DNA from: Octopus vulgaris
Taxonomy: Eukaryota
Length of the DNA: 64,000 nt
Direction of reading: 5' to 3'
Assembly (NCBI GenBank): GCA_951406725.2
Contig: OX597820.1
Location: 107,012,001-107,076,000 of the forward strand
Of this stretch, positions 26,141-40,229 are shown piece after piece. How positions within the stretch are numbered: the stretch's first letter is position 1; each line of letters opens with the position of its first letter. The notes under the pieces were generated by a model. That model did not search any database, was not told the origin of the DNA, and was given only the letters and a program-made list of their open reading frames with translations. Made by a program: the position numbers and the translations under genes.

Positions 26141-27776
26141 GAAGTGACATGGGGGAAATGTCAAACTGTTCGCATATTTGTCATTGGATATTTCACAAAG
26201 AATGAAAGGCAAAGCTGACCTCGGTGGAGTTTGAGTATCTCAGTATATATTACTTTGTAGTAAAGATTATAGATTGCAACGAGAATTCACCTGAAGTGAT
26301 AGATAAGTTATATTTTCTAATCAGTAATGGAAATGAAAACTGGTTTGTATTTGTAGTAAAAACAAAAAGAATGGAATGGAAATAATGATGTGTATGAATG
26401 AGAACTGGAGTTAGTATCTCCACATTTTAAATGAATATTGTGAAATTTCTTTCACACGAAATTCTAAAAAGTAAATTGTTTAACTGTTGATGGCCATTCA
26501 AATCAAGTTAAATTCTGATAGGGTGAAGCAAAATATGAAATTGTGTTAACCAAAAAACATGTATATAATGTCTGTATTATATATATACAAGAAATAATGT
26601 ACAGAGTAACCATAAATCTGAATACTAATAGCAGAAACCATGTTGAAAATATTATTCATTAACATAGTTGAATAAAATTATTGAAATTATCCATTTTTGC
26701 TCATGTATGCAGACTTTATGGTAATCCTGTATATAATATATACAACAAATAGATACAGAGTTAAATAGAGGAGAACTCATAGAATGTATCTCTATAGTTA
26801 AGACAACTCATAAATATGAAAGATATGCTCAAAATTGTATACAAATCCATTGGCTGCCTCTGCAGCTACACTATCAACATTGACAACAGCCAGATAATTT
26901 TTGCCCTCTCAGCATAATAATACATGGATAAAGTCCATATGAGAGAGAAAAGTGGTGTTGGGGAAATATAAATACTAAAAGACAAAAAAAAAATTGACAA
27001 AATCATTATGAATTTTGTGTGTTGCAAGAATTTGAAGGAATTAGATACTAAAAGTGAAGAATTGCTTGGAAGAAAGATATCAAAAATGGTGGTTAAAGAG
27101 TATAGAGCAACAGGCAAATTGAGGAGAATAAAGCAAGAGAGAAAATAATGGAGGTGTGACACAGATAATTTAATTCTTAATTAAATAAATCTAGTTTTAT
27201 AAAAGACAAAGACAATTCCAAACAGTTTCTAAATACATGCTCTCTTCTAACAGAAATTATTTTTGAACTCTACTTTTAGTCACTGAATACAAACAATGAA
27301 AAACTGAACCACATTTATGTTTTGAGTAGTTTTTTGTTAACGAAGTACTCATCTACCTTAATTAACATTTAAAATTTTTCAACACATGTTTGTAATCTAT
27401 ATAATTATAGATTACAAACATATTGAAAATTTTTTAAATGTTAATTTTGTAAAGGGAATGTGTCCAACAAGATGTAATTGACACCCATTAAACTGTCATA
27501 TACACCTACAGCTAGTCAAATGGCCTTCTTAGTAAAACTGATGCATCTTGCAAGCTACAACACAAGCCTTAGAAACTGTAGTATGACCCTTAGCTGTAAA
27601 ATAAACTTCTATACTATTACACAGTCTCTGGAGCTGTAATGCAGCCTGAGATATGGCTTTGTAAGTCATGATAAACCTCTGTTAAGTTGCAAACTAGGGT
27701 GTAAAGCTTAAAAATAGCCTGAACAGAGAATTAATCTTTAACTAGGGGAAAGACTTAATTAAAGTGACATGATTAC

Positions 27777-27846
27777 CTTTCAAGCTTGATACATTGAGCT
27801 GAATTGGCTGCCAAGATCGTATCATGGATCTTCGTCGCCGGATGAC
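27777..27846 (-). CDS. DLG5: DLG5 exon, PDZ1-PDZ2 junction (VIRRRRSMIRSWQPIQLNVSSLK)
   Basis: Acceptor tttggcag, donor G|gtaatc; phases match both neighbours; VxRRR end of PDZ1. Confidence 0.88.
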
Positions 27847-28746
27847 CTGCCAAATAGAAAAGAATATAACTAGTTTGAAATACTAAAATCATGGGAAATG
27901 AACATGTTATCCAGTTAGTAGATGAATAGTTTTAAGGTGTTCGTAATGAACTTTTATCTTTACTCCTATACATCACTCTTTAATTCTGATTGTTCAGAAG
28001 ACAAACCACCACATTCACTGACTCCTCAGTCTCCATTTACATACTAGCATATTCTTAGTAGTGTGACACTCAATTACCATTGTTTTCTTGTTATCTCCTC
28101 TACTACCAGGTATTCTGGAACTAATGATTATTCCTTACACAGCTTCAGTCATAGATATGAACTGACAGTTCTTCAATTAAGTCAACTAATAATTCTCAAA
28201 ATGCATGAGAATAAATATATTTGTGAGTCACTAACATCATGCCCTGCAGGAATAAATAAAATGACAGGTAAATTTCATCATATTTACACAAAACTGTTCG
28301 ACTAAATATTCTTTTCTCTTTTTCTTTTTGCCAGTTGCAAAACTGAAGACTGATGATATCATTCTGTCAAAGGGGTAACGCAGGATTTCCTCATTCATGA
28401 TTTTGAATTTCTATATTTTTGAATGTGTGAGTTCATTTTATGTTTTGAACTTGAAAAAGACAGGTGAGCTGTCAAAATATCGTTCAAACCAATAAACAAG
28501 CTATTACAATCACATTACGCTCTTCTTATTGTCTAAATACCTTCATGAAGAGTTACATCAATCTTTTAAAAATATGCTAATAATTCTAGCTTTTTACAAT
28601 TATTATTATAATCATTATTATTACGTAACAATGGAGGTCAAGGGCTCTTTACTACATTAACCATATAATTATATGATATAAACTTAATCTGTACTAGCTT
28701 GAAAAAAATCAATAGTGAAAAAATAAATATGAAATAAATCACATAC

Positions 28747-28849
28747 CATTTTTATAATGCCAACAGTGTTCACAATAGCATCTAGTGCTACTTTCCGTTC
28801 TACATTAGTGACATCAACATTATTAACCTGAATGACAATATCATTCACT
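28747..28849 (-). CDS. DLG5: DLG5 exon, PDZ1 C-half (VNDIVIQVNNVDVTNVERKVALDAIVNTVGIIKM)
   Basis: Typical PDZ peptide; acceptor ttcttttatag, donor ATG|gtatgt. Confidence 0.92.
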
Positions 28850-30189
28850 CTATAAAAGAAAAATTATAATAAAACTATGAACATGACATGTCTGAGAATT
28901 GCTGTGACAAACATACAAGAGGCTTTCTCTACAGGGCCTGAAAATTCTTTATTTCTAATGACACACCTTGACATATGTTGGAATAATGGTTACAAATTTG
29001 GAATTGTGTAGCTGCTACACATACATGTCTTTAACTGACTTCCTTGAAAAAGGATTATCTATTTGATTGGTAAAGATCCATTCACCAATATACTACAACC
29101 ACCAACTCACACCTTCTTACTGTTGTTGTTACTACTGCTACCACTGCTGCTGTTGTTACTACTTTAACTACAACACTTAACACTTCCCATTGCTCTAAAT
29201 TATTCCTCATCAGAACCCAGCCTATTTTAATCATTTTAGCTTCTTTTTTTTTTATTATTATCTGTGACTTATTTCTGTAACTTTTAACTAAATATTTCAT
29301 CCAATCATATCTTCTTAGAATTGCAACCCTCTGTGACAAACACACAAGAAGCTTTCTCTACAGGGCCTGAAAATACTACTATTAGTCTCTTTTTCTGAAC
29401 TGCTAAGTTAGGGGGATGTAAACACACCAACACTGCTTGTCAAGAGGACACAAAGACACACACACACACACACGATGGGCTTCTTTCAGTTTCTATCAAT
29501 TAAATTCACTCACAAGGCTTTGATCAACCTGTGGCTTATAGTAGAAGACATTTGCCCAAGATACCATGTTGTTGGGAAGCAAGCTTCTTACTATGCAGCC
29601 ATGCCTGTTAACTTTGGATTATTTTAGTTTGTATCTGAAACTTTTTAGAAACCAACAAGTTCAGAACAGCAACTTATTCTGTGTATTAAGGTACATATGC
29701 ATATGCATGTGTACATACACACACACACATGTATGGAAATAAGATTAACAGAAAATATTAAATCGGTAAAATATTGTGTAATAGTTATTGCTGCTTTTAA
29801 TATCAGGTTGTTGAGCACTACAACATGTAAATAGGGCAAATTTAAATAATTTGCATCGATGAAACATCCTGCTTTCAGTCACAAGAACTCTAGGTAAGTT
29901 CTAATTTTACATTTAAAGATTTAAAATTATACATTTAGTGTCATATTTTCAAATGTGATAAATGTAATAATGTGATAAATGTAAAAAGTTTTAACTTAAA
30001 AATTTAAAACTAAATTGAAAAAAAAAAAATCCAATACACCTCACACTACTGCTCGTTTAATTAATGGTACTAGACTTACATATTTCAAGCAGTATTGATT
30101 ATAATAAACCACAGAGTGTTACCTGTCATATGGCAGGTAACTTTGGAAGTAAACATTTACATACACATACAGAATGAACAGAGCTAGTG

Positions 30190-30730
30190 CTTCATTTAAC
30201 AGACTGCAGGAGAGGCTGTGGCAAAATAGACATGTTTCTATACATGTCAAACGTCAGGTCTATATACCAGGCTGGTATGCTTTCTTCCCTGCTGTATGGA
30301 GCTGAAACTTGGACAGTCAATAAAGCTCAAGTAGACAAGTTACATGCATATATGATGAGACAGCTGCAATGAATTACGAATATCATTCTCTTTGACAAGA
30401 TCAGGTATGCAAAGATCTTATGGCATGCTGGTCTGCTTCCTATGAGCAAAATCCCCAATGATAGAAATTTACATTGGTTGGGTGACGTACATGGGATGGA
30501 CAACAGACACCCCAGACAAATCTTTTACTCCCAACTATGCAAGGGAAAAAAGAAACCAAGGAAGACCAAGACCGATATTCAAAGACACTGCAGAAAGAAG
30601 TGTGAAGTGGAAAGGAACTGATCATAATAAATGGTAAACTCAAGCAAAAAACCGATGAGTATGGAGAAAGCTTATCAAATCATGCCAAAGCCATGAACAG
30701 TCATAGTCTTGATGAGTGGCTGCAGTTAAT
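30190..30730 (+). mobile_element. RTE-type LINE 3' fragment
   Basis: SLLYGAETWT, LHWLGDVHGMDNRHPRQI and GRPR relics. Confidence 0.75.
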
Positions 30731-30735
30731 ATACA

Positions 30736-33700
30736 TGTTGTGTGGGGAATCTGTACACCTCCGTGATTGGCTAAGTGAACTATATTAGTCAGTATAAATG
30801 AGCATGTGCAGAACAGTCTAAGGAGAGTGTCATATGCACAAATCATAGTGTACAGGTCGTAGGAATTATTGAATAGAGATATTCTGGAGTGCTTGTTAAA
30901 GATACACTGTTGGAGAGTAACAAGAGAACGTCAGGAATATTTGATGTTATAACAGTACAGATATAACACTGACGACAAAGAGTCCTACATCATATCAGTG
31001 GCCACTGTATAACGGTGTTGTTATAACAGTGGGAACAAAGTTACGAATGCTTGTAGGAGTGTCGAAATGGAAGAACTACTACAATAGCAGCAAGAATTCT
31101 GTGAACAGCAACAACAACAACAGCCAAACCAGCAGCTGATAGAATTATTGCTACAATCCAAGAATGCAGCGGCATCATATTCAGCGGATGGAGTAGCCAA
31201 CTCTATTGAAGAATTCCTGTATAACTCCAAAGATGGGATTACATTTTCTTCGTACAACTGAAGGTATGAAGAAATATTTAAAGAGGCTGGATAAACAAAA
31301 AGAAGGTAAGATTTCTTTTGCATAAACTAGCTCTGTCAGAGCATGAGAAATGCTGCAACTTTATTCTACCAAAAAAGCTGCCAGAAATTTGTTTTGAAGA
31401 AACAATTAAAATATTAACCATTATATTCTGTGAAAAGAGCTTGCTATTCAACATACACTGGGAATGCCTAAATTTTAAAAAAAATGAAAATGATGACTTT
31501 GTTTACATATGCAGGAATTGTAAACAAAGCATGTGAAAAATTCAAGTTAGGAGAGTTGTCCCCAGATATGTTTAAATGTTTGATATTTGTCAAAGGACTA
31601 ACTACAAGTGAGGATGTAGAAATATGAGCAAGAATATTAACAAAATTGACACAAGACACTAAATTAACTTTGCAAAAAGTGGCAGAAGAATGTCAATGTA
31701 TTATTAACCTACTGAAAAAATTGAAAATAATAATATTAATGTACAGGCACATTGACCTATGACAAACAAAAAAATAAAACAAATAAGGCCCAAACTGTGT
31801 TATGGTTGTGGTGAGTTGCACTTCAAAAGGACCTGCTTCTTTAGGAATAGAGAATGTTTTGCTTGTGGCAAAATGGGGCATAAACAGTTGCAATGTTGGG
31901 CAAAAAAGAAAAGATTAAATGAAAAAACAAAGTGTTTTCAATGAAAACATAGGGAGACAAAAAAACGACAATTTGTATCTGTAAAATAATGTACACACAA
32001 GATTACAACTAGACACAGGGAGTAATTTCTCAATAATAGATACTGAAACTTGGAAGAAAATTGGAAGACCGATGTTCAAGAAAACAAAGCAAATAACTTG
32101 TGGAGTCTCTGGACAGCAAGTTCGATTCCTGGGTGAATTGATGCCAGATGTAACATTTCATGGGAAGACATTCAAAGGTCTACATATCAGAAAACACCAT
32201 GAATCTGTTTGGTACAGATTGGATGGAGACATTTAATTTGTGGGATTTGCCCATAAGTATTTTCTGTAATAATGTGAATGCGTTGCATGCCAGATCAAAC
32301 AAGGTTTCTGAGAAGTTACAAATGAAATTAAAAAATATATATCCTGATGTTTTTTCAGAACTTGGTACATGTACAAAAATAAAAGTGAAATTCCAGCTAA
32401 AAGAAAATGCCGTTCTGGTTTTAAAACCAAAGGGAGCTGTGCCTTTTGCAGCACCGAATCAAGTAGAAAAAGAAATGGAAAGACTTGAGAATATTGGTGT
32501 AATACATAAATTAGACTATTCGGAATGGGCAGTGACAATTGTGTACATAAAAAAGAAAAATAATAAAATAAGGGTCTGCACCAATTTTTCAATGGGATTT
32601 AATACTATCTGTTACCAAGTCCAGAGGAGATTTTTGCCAAACTTAATGGGGGTAAACACTTTTCTAAATTGGATTTATTGGAAGCTTATTTGCAGCTGCA
32701 GGTAGACATAGAATGTTTCAAGCTATTAATGATAAACATGCACAAAGGGTTATACAGGTTTAACCAACTTCCTTTCAGAATAAAAGTCACACCTGCAATT
32801 TTTCAACAGGTCATGGATACAATGTTAGTAGACTGTGAATTTGCAATTCCATACCTGGATGATATATTAATTAAAAGTGAATCTCGTGACCAGCATGTTG
32901 AGCACATAAAGTGTGTTTTTGAAAAATAAGAAGTAAAATGTGAATTTTTCTTATCTGAAATTAAGTATTTAGGATAAATTACCAACAGGAATGGACGATA
33001 CCAGACCTGTCAAAGGTAGATGTAATTAAAGATATGCCTCCTCCGACTAACATAACAACCTAACAAGCTTTTCTAGGTCTTGCGAATTATTATCAAATGT
33101 ATATTCCAAGAATTAATGAGCTAACAGCACCTTTAAACAAACTGCTGAAAGAAGATATGAAATGGTGTGGAACTGACGAATGCCAAAAAGCATTTGAAGA
33201 GATTAAAAAGATTTTAACGTCAGATCTATCTCTAGCACATTTTGATCTGAAACTAAAAGTAATTGTAGCATCAGATGCTAGAGAATCTGGGATTGGAGCA
33301 GTAATCTTACATAAATTGGAAAATGGTAATGTAAAACTGAGTGCACATGCATCACAGAAAAATATTACAGCCAGATAGAGAAAGAGGCACTAACCATTAT
33401 CTTTGCAGTGAAGAAATTTCATAAATTCTTGCACAGTAGAAAGTTTACCTTGCAGACAGATCACAGTCCACTATTAACAACATATGAATAAAAAAAAGCT
33501 GTCCCCACACATATAGCCAATCAGTTACAGTGCTTTGGGGGGATGGGGGGGGGGGGGCTGCCTTATCAAATTACGATTTCAAAATGGAATTTTTGACTTC
33601 AAAGAAATTGGGACATGCGGACGGGCTGTCGAGATTGATCCCAAAGCATAAGGAACTGCTAGAAGATACAGTAATAGTAGCATTAAAATCAGAAATTGAA

Positions 33701-35287
33701 TTTTAAAATATTCTCTGCAATGTAGTGCAGGAACTACCAGTCACACTGAACGAGATAAAAAGTATAGCAGAAAAAGATGCATTTATTAACAAAATGAAAA
33801 AAGTAATGATGAATGAGACAAATACAAAAAATTACGTCACTGAGAGTAACACAGGTTTGAAATACTTTTTGATGTGTGACAATGTGTTGATGTATGCTCA
33901 GTGGGTTGTGATACCTGTTGTACTACAAAATAGAATGTTAACAGAATTTCATGTAGAACATCCTGGAATTGCAAGGATGGAGGCCATCATGAGGAGTTAT
34001 ATTTACTGGCCTAGTATGGATAAAGATATCGAGAAACTGGTGAAAGCATGCAGGGAATGTGCACTTTGGCACCTCCAGTAAAGATTCAACCGTGGCCAAA
34101 GACAGATATACCATGGTCTAGGCTACACATAGATTTTGCAGGACCACTAATCAGTATATATTATCTGGTAGTGACAGATAGCTAGACAAAATGGCCTGAA
34201 ATTGCTAAGTGCAGGAAACCAACTACAGAAATAAATATAGAATTTTTGGATGAAATATTTGCACGTTTTGGTGTGCTGGACACTATAGTGTTGGACAATG
34301 GCACACAATTTACAGCAAAAGAGTGCAAAGATTTTTGTAAGATGCATCAAATGGAACATGTCACTACCCTGCCATATCATTTGAGGTCAAATGAAGTTAC
34401 AGAGAGGATCATAAATATGTTTAAAAGAGCATTGAGGAAAACCAGAAACAAATCATTAATAGATAATACACTAACAAAATTTTTTCGCAACTATAGAATA
34501 ATGCCAAACCACAACACAGAGTCAGGTATGTCACCCACTGAATTAATGTTCACCAGAAAGGTGCAATCAGCATTTGATAAATTGTTACCAGGAAGGAAAC
34601 AACAAATACAAAAGAATACTGTTAATAATACAAACTATTTCAATAGAGGTTATGCAGTATTTTTTAAAGTGTACAAATATGGAAAACAAAGTTGGGAACA
34701 AGGAGGAATAACCAAACGTCTTGGTAGAGTAATATATATGATGAAAGGGAAGACATATGAGCATAAGAGACAAGTAAATCAAATAAAAAAGGTACACAGA
34801 AGGACAAAAAAGGCAGCAAGAGCCTATGGAAATACTTTATGATATATTTGATATTTCAGCACTGCAGGAAAGGGTTGAACCAGGGTGCAAGTCAACTAGA
34901 AGGAGAAAGTGGATGGAGATGTTAGAGATTGGTTCTAAATGAAAAGAAATATGCTAATTGTTTGCCAAGGAAGTAATTAAAAAAAAATAATAGATCAAGG
35001 GAAAGCCCATCTCAGAGCAGGGGAGGTGTTGTATGGGGAATCTGTACACCCCCATCATTGGTTAAGTGAACTATACTAGTTAGTATAAATGAGTATGCGC
35101 AGAACAGTCTGAGAAGAGTGTCATATGTGCAGTCATAGTGTACAGGTCGTGGGAATTATTGAATAGAGATATCATGGAGTGGTTGTTGAAGACACACAGT
35201 TGGAGAGTAATAAGAGAACATCAGGAATGCTTAATAGTATAACAGTTCAGATATAACGGTGCTGACAAGAAGTCGTATGTCATATCA
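30736..35287 (+). mobile_element. Gypsy/Ty3 LTR retrotransposon 2, full length and decayed (LTRs 30736-30997 and 35027-35287)
   Basis: TG...CA LTR pair, PPT gagcaggggagg, flanks ataca/atata; gag CCHC, protease LDTGS, RT YLDD, RNase H VASDA, integrase H..HPG..C..C and DNGTQF. Confidence 0.93.
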
Positions 35288-36297
35288 ATATATTTACCAC
35301 CATAGATAATATCAGGAAATATGGCATACATACAATAATTAAAACTTTTTACCAAATTACTTGGTGCTTATACAAAATAGTGAATACTGATTTTCAAAAG
35401 AAAAACATTTATTATCTTAAAATAAAATTAAACAAAACAAATTTGTCATTTGTATATTTGCAATAAATATGTTATTATTTTTCTACATTTTATCAACATA
35501 ATTGAAGTTTACTCCATCAAAAACTTATCTCTGTTAAAAGTTATCAATGTTTGCAATCAAACCTCATATATCCACTCATCCTGCTCTTCTTATTTTGACT
35601 CTCTCAGTATCTCTCTTTTACTCTTTCTCCCCACTCTCTTTATGATCAAAAAATCAACCAGCTTAGCAATCAACACTTATATTGGCTATTATATACAGAT
35701 GATAATAATAGCTAAATGATGCCATATGAAATGTATTAACCCTTCAGCATTTAAACCATCAAGATATGGCTGGTTTAGATACATATCAGCCCCACAAACC
35801 AGGAGATTGCATCGAACTCCACTGCCTACTTTGGCATAGTTTCTATAGCCAGATGTCCTTCCTAATACCAACCACTTTGCAAAGTGTATTAGGTGCTTCT
35901 TTCGTGGTACCATGACTAGTAAGGCCACCAAAGAACTCACAAGACACACACACGTATATATGTATGTATCAGCCAAAATTAAATATCATACACTACATAT
36001 GAAGAGTTTTTTTCTCAAGATGATGCAATTTCTCTAAAGAAAACAATAACCATCATCATTTTTGCGTCCATTTTTTCATGCTTGTCCCTTCCAACAAACC
36101 ATCTTGCCAATTGTTGTGTTCTTTTGTCACCTCTTTTGTCCAGCTATGAAATATATCCACAATAAATTAGTAGTCATAAATGTTTTTTTTAAACAAATTT
36201 CTGAAAGGTGTAGATAAAGAAAAAAATCAATGAAATAAGTCTTGATATGAAATAATATTTAACAAAAAAAACAACAACAAAAAAATTAGTAACTAAC

Positions 36298-36425
36298 TTT
36301 AATTTTCCATCAGCTGGACTTCCCTTGTTGACATGACCAATAAATATTGATGTATCATGAGGAAACTGAGGATCATCAATGCCACCAACCAACTCAAAAC
36401 CAAGGTTGCTAGTATCTTGACCATT
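36298..36425 (-). CDS. DLG5: DLG5 exon, PDZ1 N-half (NGQDTSNLGFELVGGIDDPQFPHDTSIFIGHVNKGSPADGKL)
   Basis: GLGF-type loop; acceptor tttgattcag, donor AA|gttagt. Confidence 0.93.
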
Positions 36426-37279
36426 CTGAATCAAATAAAGGAGAAAAAAAATTAAAGACTTTAAAAACAAAAAGTTATTAAAAATGTTTTATCACAAAAA
36501 CTGGTTTAAAAACAAAAAAATTACATACTGACTTTTTCAAAAGTTAGGTCAACATATGAATTAATGTTTCTTAAAATTGCTCAATCCTTTGATACCAATC
36601 TGCTCAAGACCATACCTGACTCTATGAGACAAACTTCTGTTTTCAAGTGATCTAGATTGAAACCTTCCATCAAAATTTATGCTTCAAACACTAGTTTAAT
36701 AACGACAAAATAATTTTACTAAATTGCTCATTATTTCCAGAATTAATTGAGACTGAATCAGAATATTTCAACAGAAATATTGTAACAAAATGGTTACAGA
36801 CTGATTTTATTAACCCTTTTGATACTAATCCACATAAAAACCACCCATCAATACAAACTTCCTCTTCCAAAGTAATCTAAATTAACTTCCAGGGAAATTT
36901 CATGTTAATTTATGCTCCAACCACCAGCTGAATAATAACAAAGCTATCCATAATGAGAACTGATGTAAAAACATAATAAAAAAATTCACAGTAATTAAGA
37001 GCTCAATTAATAACTGGTCATTAAAATCTAACATACCATACTGAGTGGGACTGACTAGCATGTATACATGTAATTGGTTAAAATGATCTTTTTCACTTAA
37101 AATTCATACTTTGTGTTCAAAGTTATCTAAATTCTACTTTATTTCCAAAGACAACTGCAACAAAAGCAATGCAGTTCAATGGAAATATGGTTACAAGAGG
37201 GTTGAATCAATAATGCTGTCTTTTGTGTTTATAGCTACACAATATCTCAATTGTGTATTCTCCCATCTCTTGAAGTATT

Positions 37280-39555
37280 CCAGATCGCTAGACTGTGTCA
37301 GTGAGAATCAAGATATTGTCAGAGAGAAGTGTGTGCAGATGGATAATGGTATGCTTGCACTTAATGGTGTAGGCAAGAAAGAGGAATGGAAAAGTTGAAT
37401 GTAGAGAATGAATGGGATAAAGAGAGTCTCCCTCATGTGAACCTAACAGAGAAACCAGCTATCCTAGCAGACAGCAGTATTGTAGATAAGGCAATTAAAA
37501 ACATGAAAACTGGTAAAGTTCCGGGTCCATCCAGAATCACAGGGGCGATGCTCAAAATATCTTGTAAGGTAGTATGCAGGTTAATCACCCACATAGTTAA
37601 TCAGGTCATTCAGGAAGGTGCAATACCCAATGACTGGCATAACAGCATAATTGTTAGCTGCTACAAGGATAATGGTGATGCTTTAGTTAGAATCAAGTAT
37701 AGAGGCATCAAACTCCTGGACCCGGTGATGAAAGTTACAGAGAGAGTTATAGCCAAATTAATGAGGAACAGAATTAGGCTAATTGAAATGCAGTTTGGCT
37801 TTGTCTGAGGAAGAAGCACTATTGATGCTATATTCATAGTCAGGCAGCTGCAAGAGAAGTACTTAGCTAAGAATAAACCATTATAGTTGGCAATGTTGAT
37901 CTCAAGAAAGCTTTCGATAGAGTGCCCTGCAGTGTGATATGGTGAGCTCTGAGGAAACTAGGTATAGATAAGTGGCTGGTGAAAGCTGTACAGGCCATGT
38001 ACAAAGAATGTCAGTAAGGTGAAAGTTAACCATGAGTACAGTGAAGAATTTGATGTACAAGTAGGGATTCATCAAAACTTAGTCCTTAGTCCCCTCCTTT
38101 TCATCATTATCCTCCAGGTCATAACAGAGGAATTCATGACCGGTAGCCACTGAGAACTACTGTATATTGGTAACCTTACCCTCATAGCAGATTCCATAGA
38201 GATAGAAGAGAAATTCCAGGTATGGAAGCAAAACCTGGAAGCTTATGGTTAACTTAGCAAAGACTACGGTCCTAGTAAACAAGAAAACTGACAGGACCCT
38301 ACGCCACTTAGGTAAATGGCCCTATTCAATTTGTAGAAAAGGTGAAGGTAGGAACTCCATACGGAATATCCTGTGTAAGCTATGGACACACAAAAGGTGC
38401 AGTGATTAATAGGAAGGTTTAGCAGAGAAGATAGTTTTCGTATGTGGAAGATGCACAGGATCCACAAAAACTTTAGACTCAGAAAATTGATTCTCTCAAA
38501 TGTCCTAATGGATCATTAGAGGTAGTAGATAATTTCTGCTACCTAGGGGACCAAATTAGTAGTGGGGAGGATGCACGGAAAATGTGATAGCTAAAATAAA
38601 AATAGGATAGAGGAAATTCAGAGAGCTGTTACCTCCGTTGGCCATGAAAGGTTTCTCTCTCCAAATGAAAGCAAGATTGTATGATGCATGTATACACATA
38701 GCAATTCTACATGATAGTGAGATGTGGGTCCTAAGTGCAGAGGACATTTGAAGGTTAGAAAGGAATGAGGCTAGTATGCTCCACTGCATGTGTAATGTAA
38801 GTGCAAATGTTCAACAGAGTGCTAGTGTTTTGAGCAAGAATTTAGGCATAAGAGGAATTAGTTGCTGGGTGCAAGAGAAAAGGCTACACTGGTTTGGTTA
38901 TGTGATGTGGATGAATGCCAACAGTTCCATAAAGAAATGCTAATCTCTCAAAGTATAGGGTGGCCACAAAGTCACACACCATGGGAGATATCAAGTATGC
39001 TTTATTAACAATGAAATTAGGTAATCCATTACAAATGTTCAATATCTGCTTCCATCCAATGACGATTGGTTTATGAGTAATATCGGCAGTTGTGAAAAGA
39101 GATAAAAAAAAAGAGAATGTTAGCAATTTCACATACTGCAGGATGGTGTGTGTGATTTTATGGCCCCCTTGTAGATGGAACACGTAGAAGTGGGAGACCC
39201 AGAAAGACATGGGATGAAGTACTGATGAATGATCTCAGGATGCTGAACCTTTCAAGTGAGATGACAAACGACCAAGATACCTAGCACTTTGCTGTACTCA
39301 AGAAGACCTGTGCTCCACAGTAGAAGTATTAAGACTGGTCCCTCTTGTGCTAAGAAGCACTCGTGGCAGTACCATGTAAAAGTATCTAGCACACTCTGTA
39401 AAGTGGTAGGCATTTGGAAGGGCATCCAGTTATAGAAACCATACCAAATCAGACTGGGGTCTGGTGCATGTCACCAGCTTGCCAGCTCTGGTCAAACCAT
39501 CCATTCCATGCCAGCTTGGACAACAGATGTTAAATGATGATGATGAATGATGATG
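37280..39555 (+). mobile_element. RTE-clade LINE, 5'-truncated RT region with (GAT)n tail
   Basis: KTGKVPGPS, YRGIKLL, MQFGF, DLKKAFDRV, VGIHQ, FCYLGDQI and RPRKTW relics. Confidence 0.9.
38956..39171. mobile_element. Tc1/mariner-type MITE nested in the RTE LINE
   Basis: TIRs tagggtggccacaaagtcacacacc / ggtgtgtgtgattttatggcccccttg with TA duplication; removal restores the LINE SLKVDGT reading. Confidence 0.85.
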
Positions 39556-39801
39556 GGAATGGCTTGTGTGGAATCATTCCCATTTTTTGTTACTGCTGAT
39601 ACAGTTAACAGTTGGTGCAAGTATGCCACAAAACTGATGAACAGCAGACACAACAGGGTGGCCATTAACGCTCATGAATTCTTCCACTTTTAAATGCACA
39701 TATATAATATACTGAATCAGTATTTAAGCACCATGAAATACAGTCGCTGCATTTAAGAGTTCAATTATTAGCATATTGTTAAATTCCACTGTATAATAAG
39801 A

Positions 39802-40184
39802 CTAGCAGTATCGCCCGGCGTTGCTCAGGTTTGTAAGGGAAATAACTATAAAGTATTTTTAGAGAGTTATAGCCAAAAAATAGCAAAAAAATGGAAAAAA
39901 ATTATGGTAAATTTTTTTTTGAGATTTAAAAAAGGTGGAGTTGCGTCCCCTAGACAGTTTGTGGTTCGTGTTTCTGATTCTCGACCCCATGTCGAATTTA
40001 TCGATTTTTTCAGAACTGGGGGAAATTTTCAAAATTTTCGCTGCGTTAGTTTTGAATTATGACATTGGGCTATGTGTGTGTCAAGTTTCATCAGAATCGG
40101 TTGAAAGCCGTGGTCAGGGTGAGGGTACAACCTGACAGACACACAGAAACATGCACAGACAAACTGCCGTTATATATAGAGAGA
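39802..40184 (-). mobile_element. Short non-autonomous Helitron
   Basis: Minus strand A|TCtctctatatataac...cctgagcaacgccgggcgatactgCTAG|T; CpG-rich; carries ccgattctgatgaaacttg motif shared with 16947-18253. Confidence 0.75.
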
Positions 40185-40229
40185 TAAATTATTCATAAGC
40201 GAAATAAAGTTCATGTATATATATATATC

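Noticed and set aside
30118-30141. Short palindrome gttacctgtcatatggcaggtaac
   Set aside because: Too short and isolated to support a function.
33536-33557. G-rich run inside Gypsy-2 pol as a G-quadruplex element
   Set aside because: Most simply a homopolymer expansion in a dead element; similar runs occur at 22695, 52534 and 53213.
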